A stretch of DNA of 64,000 nucleotides from Chrysomallon squamiferum (Eukaryota > Animalia > Mollusca): the NCBI GenBank assembly GCA_012295275.1, contig CM022671.1, positions 18,228,001-18,292,000 on the forward strand, given 5' to 3'. The translations under genes and the position numbers were made by a program. The notes beneath the pieces are model-generated. The model was not told where the DNA came from and did not search any database. It saw nothing but the letters and a program-made list of their open reading frames with translations. Shown one piece after another: positions 52,254-64,000 of this stretch (its first letter is position 1; each line of letters begins with the position of its first letter).

Positions 52254-53480
52254 TACTCCTGTCACCGCCGAAATGGCGTAGGGCGTCACGGGGTTTTGGT
52301 TCACATTACAACACATCAGCGGGCCGCCAATAGCGCCAGCAACTGCATTAAGGACTTTCTTTCCCAGAGGTTGGATACACTGAGATGCATTTCAATTAAA
52401 TCTGACGAAGAAAGAAAGCAGTCCAGGTTCCACAGACTCTTTTGATACGGCAAATTGATCGTGCAACACAATAAAACAAAAAACAAACAAACACTCACTC
52501 GCCAAGCAGGCATGCAGGCCGCAGCGTGTTATCCTGAGATAACTGTTAAGTCAAGACATTTTTCTCTTCTTTCTTTCATTTTTTTTTTTTTTTTTTATTT
52601 TATTTTTTTTTCTCTTTTGGTTTTCCTTTTTCTTTCCGTAATGCCCTGTTTGTCGCTTGAGGGCATCTTCGTAAATGTGTGCGCATGTCGACAAATAACA
52701 GTTTGAAATGCTTGACAAACCTTGGGGGACATCATCGTCAGCTCTCGCTCGATCAGAGGCAGAGTTATTGACTGGAACTGTTTATTGGAATTTGTTCTGT
52801 AAATATTTAAAAGAATGCCGCAGGTGCGTCGTTTGCAAAAGAATAGTAATTCGTGATTACTTTCGGTCAATTTATTGCGCACCTTGTTAGACGGTTGCCA
52901 ACGGCGACAATTATCCCCAGCTCGGATCTGGTACAAACAGCAAAACCGGAAGTGAACTGGTCGATCGACGGGCCCGCGGTTATTAATCGCAGCATCAATG
53001 TCCGAACTCGTCTAGTTCATATTAGGTAAATATCTCTGCCAGTGAATACTTCTCTGCTAATGTTTGCTAGACAACGATTTTTTAATTTAGTTTTTTTATT
53101 ATCAAGCAATGGAAAAGAACCGATCAGTTTTTCTTTTCTTTATTTTTTATCTTTTTTTTTTTTTTTTTTTTTTAAATTGGGTCAGATAATCGTGTAGTCA
53201 ATAAAAAAAAAAAATAAAAAAAAAAGAAAGAAATTATTTAAATATTTTAATGCAAGAGAACTGATATTTATTAGTGTAACAAGGACAATAAATCATATTA
53301 AAAATAAAAATTAACAACTAAATATAGTAATTATTTAAAAAGTACCAAATAGATATACATGTTCATACAACCATATATTTATACGTAAATACGAACAGTT
53401 ATGCTACATACGTACACACAGACATATATATGCACATATGTACACATACATATGCACATACATGGTTACATATCACACAC

Positions 53481-53612
<132 letters not shown>

Positions 53613-54015
53613 TGAAGACTAACCCATTATTGTGTTGAGTTCTCTCTCACCCAGGTTTGTGTGTAAATAAAATATTCATCATACGTCGGAGTCCCAGTCT
53701 TAATTTGAGTAGAGGAGTGCGTCACGCGACGAGCTTTTTCACTTTCTTTGATCTTTCTTAATTATTTTACGATCTACACTTTGTTCTACATCTACGATTT
53801 GAACTGAATACCCTTTTGTACATTTAGAATATAAAAAGAAAGTAAGAGAAAAAAAAAAAAAAAAAAAACCCACCTAATAAACTGGATGTTAAAAAAATAA
53901 ATAAATAAATAAAACAGAAAAAAAAAAAAAAAAATAAAAAAAGTTCACCTCCCGAAACCCCCCCCAAAAAAATTAGTGATAACATTATTAGATGGATGTC
54001 TTGCTGCTTTAATCA

Positions 54016-54067
<52 letters not shown>

Positions 54068-54874
54068 GTTGTTGTTATTTTCTTTTTTTATCCCATTCTG
54101 GTATCACGATGGAAAATTTTCTTCAGTTAATAATTCAGTGCTTTTACTTACATCAACGCAAGGATAAATGGTTTCTTCATGTCATTATTATTATTTTTTT
54201 TTTTTTTTATCTGTTTCGATTTCAGGCAATATACAGTATAACCATATCTTTTGTTAATCGTGTGGGATTGGAGATTCTTTTTTTGATTGAGAAGAGATTT
54301 AAAAAAAAAAATGTAATTATAATTTTTTTTTTTTTTTGGAAGACTGTCGATTAATCATCTTAGAATAGCAGTAATTAAAAAGAAAAACTAAAAAAAAAAA
54401 AAAAAAAAAAAAACCTTAATTAAACTTTATTAATTGTTAATATTGTTTATAGGACTAATTTTTAAGTTTTTTTGTTTGTTTTTTGAAATTGAATGTAAAT
54501 AAATAAATAACAGTAATAAAAAATAAAAATAATAATACCTTGGTTAATTATTGTTATTACTAATGCTATTGTTATTGTTATTATTATTATGTTTATTAAA
54601 TCTTTATTGAAAAAAAAAAAAAAAATTAGTATGTCTTTATAAATTTTTTTTTTTTTTTTCTTCTCAGGGATGCAATCCATTGAACTTTCTTTAATCTTAT
54701 TACACATATAAGAAAACTGTGGAAATTAAGAAATACTTGATGTTTCTGTGTTGAAATCTCTGAAATAAGTAATTATGTATGCTATTCTTATACGTAAATC
54801 GATCACTCTACCCAATCAGATCAACCGTGGATTTATTGTCCAGATTTAGAAAGATGCAGAAAATTACAACAGTT

Positions 54875-55110
54875 AAATAAAATGAAACGAAATAAAATAA
54901 AATAAAATGAAATGAAATGAAATAAAATAAAATAAAAAATAAATAAAATAAATAAAATAAATAAAATAAAATATAATAAAAATAACAAAATAAAATAAAA
55001 TAAAATAAAATAAAATAAAATAAAATAAAATAAAATAAAATAAAATAAAATAAAATAAAATAAAATAAGTAAAATAAAATAAAATAAAATAATAAAAAAT
55101 AATAATAAAT
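54875..55110. repeat. (AAAAT)n pentanucleotide repeat
   Basis: Direct inspection. Confidence 0.95.
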
Positions 55111-56197
55111 TAGGAACTGACAAAGTGATAAAGAAAAAAAAATCTCTTGCATTTTATTTTCATGAAAAATGTAATTACGTATACGAAATAATTTTTGGAG
55201 AAAATAAATAAAGAAATAAAGAAAGCAAGAAAGAAAAAGATAAAAAAAAAAAAAAAAAAAAAAAGATTAAAAAAGGAAGAAAAGAAGAAATCATTATCAG
55301 ACACAGTTAAAAGCGACCAGCTCTTCAATTTCTTAGTTCCATCAAATCACATTAAAAATGTCCAAAGCAGAGAAGAGAAAAGGTCTGGATGTAATTGCAG
55401 CCGTCTCTCGGTTCACGGTTCCGCGGGCGTGAAACTGGACTTATTGACAATTTACATAGACAGTCTTTGACGACGCGAAACTGTGACAACCAAATTCCGT
55501 TTACTCAGCACTGGAGTTTTTCGCGAAACCAATCGCTAGTAAGTAAACAAAGCGCAATTTAATCTGAATTGAATAATGCGCCCGGTTGATCATTACTCGA
55601 CAAACGGAACGAAGACGTGGTCAGATGTCAGGACCAAAGTCTTTTATCACCGAGTGCCAAGAGACACCAAGAATCTAATCAGTAATGGACGTTTCTCAAA
55701 TTGGTCGACTCTTCGGCGCGCGGTGAAAATTAGCTTTAAGATTGGGATTGATAAAAATAACAGTTTCATTTGGACAAAAAACAATGATAAATTATCCGAG
55801 AGATCCCAACTGTTATGATGATCACCATCGATTTCAGAACTGGAGGCATTTATTACAATCCTCTTCAATTATAAAGTCGTTCGGCTTGGCATGCAGTATC
55901 AAACTTTTGAAAGGTTTGTTATAATGATTTGTTAAACAGTTTTGATCGGGGACGGCTCGAGGCTAAATTTCTTATTGATCCAGGCAGTTCTTGAGAAGTT
56001 ATCTCCATATCAAACATTGTTCAGAGTGTGAATCTGAAAACACTTCTCCCACCTCCGTGTACTGTTGAGTTGATTTCTGTTGTACAAGTTGAAATTATTT
56101 GGCAGCGATTAAATCGGCTTCGGCATCAGTAGATCAATGATGAGGAATATAGATATAAATTTCTTTTTTTTTTTTAGTTTTGTTATTAAAATATTTC

Positions 56198-56283
<86 letters not shown>

Positions 56284-56490
56284 AATAAAAAATAAACATG
56301 AGGATGATGATGACGATCAGGATATCACAATTATGATAAATTCACAAATATTTTGAAAAATAACTGATTTATTATCGAAATTTATAAACCAGTATTTCTG
56401 TACCTTTCGCCTTTGGTTTTAGAAAATCTAATTTTTATAAACAATAAATAAATGATGTAATAACAGTAAGAAACACTTTATTTCATAGAA

Positions 56491-56545
<55 letters not shown>

Positions 56546-57881
56546 GTAGTAGTAATAATAATAATAATAATAGCAACAACAACAATAATAAAATTCATAA
56601 TAATGATATAACATCAACAATAACAACAACAATAATAGGAATAATTAAAATTCATTTTAACTCTGATTTTCAGTAACAAAAATATGTCATAAAATTTCAT
56701 TTTCTTTCTGTACCAATACCTTCGTCACATACGAAGACGCCGCACTTTTCTCATATATTATTTTTTTACGCTGCGAATTTGCCTCTCAGTCAGTTGCCTC
56801 TCTATTACCCAAACGATAGATATTAATAACTTTACCGAAAAATTATATTTTGTATCCTCGTTTACCAAAATCACGTTTCCTTTTAACATAAAACTTTATT
56901 ACGAAACGTAAAGTTGCACTAGGTCTTCATTTAATTGCAGCCTTCGACAGACAATCAAGAATTTGTAGCTGAATCGCAGATTCCATGGAGTTACCCGCCC
57001 TTCGATATGTCAGAGGTCGTGACCTTGATCTTAGGAAAGTGCATATCATTGATTAATTATTCTTGATTAGCACGATTAGTTTTTATTTATCTCGTTTTAA
57101 GCAATAAGTTGCCGCATCAGTGATATTAAATGAAATCGTTCGTGATATTTCGGAGCGAAATTTATAGATTTTACATTTAGCGGGTAATATTTATTTTTTC
57201 TTTCCCTTCATATCGGAAGGTTATGATTAGCAATGGAACATTAGAAGTACAAAAATAAGAGGCAGTTACTGCAGCGGGAACCAGACCATGAGATTAGAAA
57301 CAGGAAGATTTGTATACTTACGTAATAAATCTGGATTTACGGACCTAGACGCCAAGTTTAATCTTATTAAATTACTAAAGGGTGATTTAAGTCAAAATAA
57401 ACCAGGATATATATATATATATATATATCTATATACACACACACATATACACACACACACGGATACACGCGCACACATATATCACATTATTAATTTTAAA
57501 TAACGTTTTCAGTTTTAAATCCATAGTGTACCCACATTTGTATATTTCGCAATTATTGTTTTACTTATTTCTCACGACCAGTCTTTGCTTATCTTAAAGT
57601 TTTATAACGAAGCTTGTGAGTAAAATAATTATAAAGTTGTTGTTTTCTATCACTGACTTCTGAAATACATCTCAGTGGATGAAATGATGTCACTAAAATA
57701 AGGAAAGATCTGCCTCCTTGATTCCTCTCAAGCGTATTATAATTCTTATAGTTATACTTTACAGTCGGCATAGATTTATGTCTTAAAACAAATGTTACAG
57801 TTATATTACTTAGAAATTTCTGAAATGTATCTGCGTTTTAATGTATTTATTATAATTCAGCAACAACAACAACCACAGCAG

Positions 57882-57916
<35 letters not shown>

Positions 57917-57925
57917 AGTATGTAA

Positions 57926-57981
<56 letters not shown>

Positions 57982-58937
57982 TTAATAAAAGCCCAAAGTG
58001 CCATAAAAATCTCTATAGATTATTTGTTTATATCTCTAAAGATGTATTTTACGCTGAAAGTTACATTTTTATCTATTGATACACTGATTAAACATTTTCT
58101 AATCATTTATACTTAACATCCATTCTAAATCATAGCGCTGACGTTCTACAGAATATAAAAATTGAATCCAAATTGAAAATACATTTTGACAGAATAGTTT
58201 TATGAAAAATTAATTTAAAAATTTATTTCTAATTCTTTCTCTCTCTCTCTTTTTATTTATTTTTCATTTTTCATTTTTATTTTTTTATATTTTTTTTGTA
58301 TCCTTTCTCTGGTAAATTCTAAGCTAAAAAAAAAAATAAAATAAATAATAGCATAGTAGTATTAAGATACGAACGAAAACATTCTGCCAGCTAATAAGTA
58401 GCGCTTTAGTTTAATGCAATAAGATAATTCTTTTGATTTGCTAAGCTGCAACGCGATTGATCGTTAAAAAAAAAAAAAAAAAAAAAAAACTTCTACAGCG
58501 TTTTGCAATCTTTCCATTGGTACATTAGCCAACGACTGATGTCGGCCATTAGCGACACAATCAAGCAATGATGGGCAAAGAAAACTCCGGAAGATATATC
58601 CAGGTATATTTCAGAAGCGAGGCTTACTCTGGCTTAATTACAGCCATCAGTATGCAACGGCCGCTTGTGCTATTTCCGTTGGTATTCTGGGCCGCTTGTG
58701 TCTCTAAAGATGTCACCATTAGCAGACACAGAAACGAAAGCCGACTATATCTAACAGCACGCGCAATTTGGGCCTTAATCGAGTGATTTAGCTTCCGACA
58801 TGCTTTTTAATCAAGAGTGGCCCGGGGCCCGTCGAGAGAGATTTAAAGCCGAGAGTCGAGAATTACAGAAATATCTGTAATTTGCGCCGCAATTCAACGA
58901 GAACTTCTAATACACGAATGTCATCATTTTTTCTAAC

Positions 58938-58973
<36 letters not shown>

Positions 58974-59411
58974 CACGTAGGCGTTTCCACATTTAATTTT
59001 TATCTCTACATAGGCTCTTTTTTATTTGGATTTTTTTGGAAAAATACATACACTTAGAAGACTTCGATTTTCTTTTGAAAATTTAAAAAAAAAAAAAATT
59101 TCTTCCTTTCTTTTTCTTCTTTCTTTTATATTTTTACATTACATATACATATATATATATATATTTTTTTAAAGCTTTTCTTCTAAACTTCGATTTTATT
59201 TATTTGTTATTATTATTATTATTATTTTTTTAAATTCTGGTTTTCACATCATACGATTAGCAGAGAATATATTCATTTTAACAGATTTAAGAGAGTACAA
59301 CAGCTGTGCTGTGTATCAGATGGGTAGTCAGGCTGCAGGATGTTGTGTCCTAAAATATCAGTAAAAAAGATCAGAAGTTTTCTACACTATATATATATAT
59401 ATATATATATT

Positions 59412-59504
<93 letters not shown>

Positions 59505-59839
59505 AAAAATACACTGTTACAGAAGATCTCTAGGTTGTTTTGATTTTTTACTTAGTAACATAATTTAACATTGTAAGCAGCAAATGCTACACGGCTAAAT
59601 CACGTAAACTATCTTAGTACAAGACACAGCTAATTAATCATCGCTAATTAAAACTACATCTAACTAATTAGCTCCATGTTAGAGGGAGAAAGTCCTATCC
59701 TGATGAAAGTAAGTAAATAAATAAAAATAGAAATAAATAAATGAATGAAAAATAAATAAACAAATAAATAAATAAATAAATAAATGAAAAATATTTTAAA
59801 ATAAAATAAATAAAATAACTAAATAACTAACTAACTAAT

Positions 59840-59910
<71 letters not shown>

Positions 59911-60598
59911 CTAAATAAATAAATAAATAAAAAATAACAAATATAGAAATAAATAAATAATATGTGAAATTTTTTTTATCTTTTCCTTTTCTGTAATACA
60001 GTTTTTTAAAAAAGAAAATATATATTTGTTTTTTAAATTTATGAAACCCATTTAATAAGCATACAAACAAACCAAAATAAAAATAAAAACCAACAACAGC
60101 AATAAACAAACAAATAAATAACCAACCAACCAAATAAATAAATAAATAATAAAATAAATAATGAAATAAATAAATAAAAAATACATAATATATAGCAAAT
60201 GTTCTTGCAGTTCCTTTCATATAATAATAAATATAAATACACCTGACAGACATTTCAGAATAAATCAAGTTTTCCATTAGTTTGCTAGTCTGGTACTTCA
60301 CCCAGTTTGGAAGACAGAAATTTATACAAAAAAATAAAAAATAAAAAATAAAAAAAATAAAAAAAATAAAAAAGGTACAGTTTAATGTAAAATATGAATC
60401 TGCCTTGAATGTGAGAGTCATGTACTATCAAAAGATAAATTTACATATATAGAGTATACGGTTTCATAACTAATTTAATGCAAAATCTCTACATATAGTT
60501 TATCTCCATACATACCAGCACAGATATCTAATATCTAATATTTATATATATATATATGTATGTATGTATGTGTGTGTGTGTTCTTGTTTACATATAAT

Positions 60599-60634
<36 letters not shown>

Positions 60635-61480
60635 TTAAATGTACAAACTTTATTTATTTTTCTCATTCATTTCCTGAGAATCATGTATTCTCCTTTCATC
60701 TTTATTAGTTTTCATCTTTACGTTAAACACACACACACACACACACGCACACACACGCACCTTTAATATCAGGTACACGATCGCATATCATATATTTTAG
60801 GTAAATACCATATTTTTTAACTAAACATTTAATATTATAGACACGAGACCAAATAACAAACATTTTAGCCCACATAACAAAAACACCACGGATTTTTATG
60901 CAGACACACGCATTATTTTCATCTTAGCATTACTGAACATTTAAAAACTTCATCAATCGACCCGAACGTAATGTAATCACACACCTATTCAGACTGAGCC
61001 CATGCGACGCACGTCAAGAGGAAAACTGGGGTGTGTGTGTGTGTGTACGTTCTTGGTTCCTTGGTCTCAATCAATAGAAAGTTTTTCACTCCCATTCGAG
61101 CTCTGCACGGCGAGTAAGTTCTTCCCCTTAATAACAACGATCAGAAAAATCCATCTCGGAGACAAGCAGTTGTGCCTGCCAGTGCAAACAGTTGTAATTA
61201 ATAATTGTACGCTGGCTAGCGTCCTTTTAAAACCTATTGGAAATTCTTGAGGAAATCGCTTTAGCAGTGAAATGGAGGCATTAATACGAGCGCCGTGCGT
61301 TATCACTGCGAGCTGAAAGCTGATTTGTAGCGCGGAGGAGTGTCTCTCTCTCTCTCTGTGTGTGCAACCTGTACACAATGTGCTCGTTTGTAAATAATTA
61401 ACCGCGATTCAAAACTAATCCTACTTCGTGAAAGGTCGTTTGTGGTCGCCACTTTGGCAACTTCGTGTCGGAAGTAAAAG

Positions 61481-61750
61481 CTACTTCAAGTTGGGCCATG
61501 ACTGCAGTATAAGACTACTTCACGTCTACAGTATACTTATATAGAGAATTAACTTCATGTTAGATCCTTTCAATAGTATACTTATGTACTAAAACTTCTT
61601 CGTGGTAGAAGACGTTTGCAATATAAAGTTACTTGATGTTAGACCACGTCTGCAGTAAACGCATGTTCCAGAGATACTTCACGTTAGACCATTTCCGTAG
61701 TATACTTTTGTACTAAAGCCACTTCATGTAAGGCCATGACTGCAGTGCAG
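61481..61750. repeat. Old degenerate tandem repeat, ~35-45-bp unit, ~7 copies
   Basis: Recurrent ACTTCA(C/T)GTTAGACC...TGCAGTATA; GGCCATGACTGCAGT at both ends. Confidence 0.65.
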
Positions 61751-62262
61751 TTATATATATACTAAAGCTATATATATATATATATTAACGTAACATGTTT
61801 TCAAAGAAAACTGAACAAACAAGATAAAAACATCATTTATTTCTTTTCTGCACTGACAAAACATAATCAGCTAAACTTCAGTGCTTCCATAGTCCCGTCT
61901 GATAAAATATCTGAAATAGTTCAGATTAGATCATACCGAAAAAGTTATTTATATATATATATATATAAAAATTATTAAAAAAAAAACCTCCAACAAATAA
62001 ACTGTATTTACCGTTTCGAATTAATCAGTAAAAAGCATTAATACTTGAAAGAGAGCGAGAGAAAAAGAAATAAACACATACATATATAGAGTGAGAGCTA
62101 TTAAAATGGAAAAACATAAAGAGAATTTAACAAGAAAGAGAAATAGATCTAAAGATAGACAAATATCTACATATATGTACATAAGTACATTTACATATAC
62201 CACACTCTTGATTGGTTTCTGAATCTTCTGTGTGCATGTAACGACAAGAGACAGTCAGATAG

Positions 62263-62346
<84 letters not shown>

Positions 62347-63138
62347 TTTCATTCCTTTAACTAGCTTTGATGTTACGTGTCCATGAAATAAAAAAAGGAC
62401 TTAGATAGGGAGTATGAAATTTTCATTGAAAGAAAAAAGGCAAGAGAGAGAGATCATAACCGAATCCCTGCTTTACCCAATCTAATCACGCCCGCATTCG
62501 AAGAAAATACTTTCATCTTGAATTCATCAAAGTTAAAGAGTTGGCAACAACTTCTTGCATGGAAAGACCAGCGACTCTAAGCGACTGTTTCTTTGTCTAA
62601 GACTGACTCAATCCAATTATAGAAATCAATATCATTCTTTCTCAAACCAGCGAGAAAATATTTCAAATATTGTTTTAGAAAACCTCGGTTCTAAGTTAAT
62701 TTTAATGCTACAATCACGGTGAAATTAAAGCGAAAGGCTTTTTTCGTGTTGTTGTTGGTTTTTTATCATAGTGCTTTTGGCCGTTGAATGCATTACCAGT
62801 TAATGCGACTCAAAAGAAAGACTTCAAAACAAAATCGTCTGTGAAAACCTTAAAGCATCCAAAAAAAAAAAAAAAAAAAAATTAATATTTTCTTTATGTG
62901 CCTAATCTTATAATTATTTCTTACAGAGCAGTATTTGTCTTGTTGTGTTCAGTTATTTGTTTGAAGGATTTTTCTGTCCACGTTTGTCAGCGATTAATTA
63001 TCTTTTCTGTCTGAAAGTTTGTCGCTTTCAAGGCTGGAAATTTGAAAACGAATCAGCTGGAAATCTGTCGACTTTTTTTTAACAGTGGAAAATGTAATAT
63101 AAGTCTAACTCTCCAGATAACGTATACACACATACAGT

Positions 63139-63210
<72 letters not shown>

Positions 63211-63548
63211 AATAAAAATAAAATATAATAAAATTAATTAAAGACATATAATTTATGAAGAAACAGTAATAGCAAACTTTATTGAAACCACAACTATAAT
63301 AAGACTTATTCGGTCAAATCTCTCTTCTAATAAATAGTTCTTTCTTTTTGTGTGTGTGCACGTGTGCGTATGTGTTATATATGTTTTTCTTTATATATGT
63401 ACGGAAAAATTATACACTAATTCGTTGATGTTACATTATTTTATTTTTATTACTACAAAATCTGCAAGGACTATTACTGCTATGATCCTGCTACTACTAG
63501 AGCAGATAGAATGACTACTACTACTACTGCTACTACTACTACTATTAT

Positions 63549-63584
<36 letters not shown>

Positions 63585-64000
63585 CACTACTATTATTATT
63601 ATTATTATTATTATTATTCCTCAAACAGTAAACCAAATTAAAATTTTAGACAATTATGATGGTGAATTTACAAAACAATTACATAAAAAAAATATGGCCG
63701 CCGTTTCTGCTCTGAACGAGCTACCCTGGGTAAATACGTTTCGGTTTACATGTATACATACTCGCATTCAGACTATTTACACACGAGCCGTGCCTTTCAG
63801 CACGGTAACGTCTAGCAATGAAGTTAATTTGTCCGCGACTGAATAGCCATTCAAACAGTAGAAGAATTACACTTCTTAAACACACAGAATTAAACTGGTC
63901 GCTTTAGTACCGAGGAAATAATAGATGTCAGTTCTGCATAAAACGCGTACCAGTCAAAGTGACTAATTGGCCTGGAATCGTCCGTTCAAACAGAACTGAA

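Overview
AT-rich, microsatellite-dense animal genomic DNA, not prokaryotic. Degraded copies of a tRNA-derived SINE that I recall from gastropods suggest a mollusc (inference). Two genes are clearly recognisable, both on the minus strand with uninterrupted coding regions: a BTG/Tob-family gene (8456-8992) and a class I ADP-ribosylation factor, ARF1-like (16863-17405). A third, unrecognised plus-strand gene (34407-36954) encodes a probably disordered protein rich in phosphotyrosine/SH3-type motifs. It is split by a single +1 frame offset at 36100-36140 (assembly indel, real lesion or recoding) and lies between two ~320-bp direct repeats. At 48.3-50.1 kb is a degenerate, compact, convergent ORF pair with virus/Polinton-like organisation. 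The rest is simple repeats, several minisatellites, SINE relics and many CpG-containing enhancer-like islands. I see no RNA gene, CRISPR array or intact transposon, and nothing I can establish as a new system from sequence alone.
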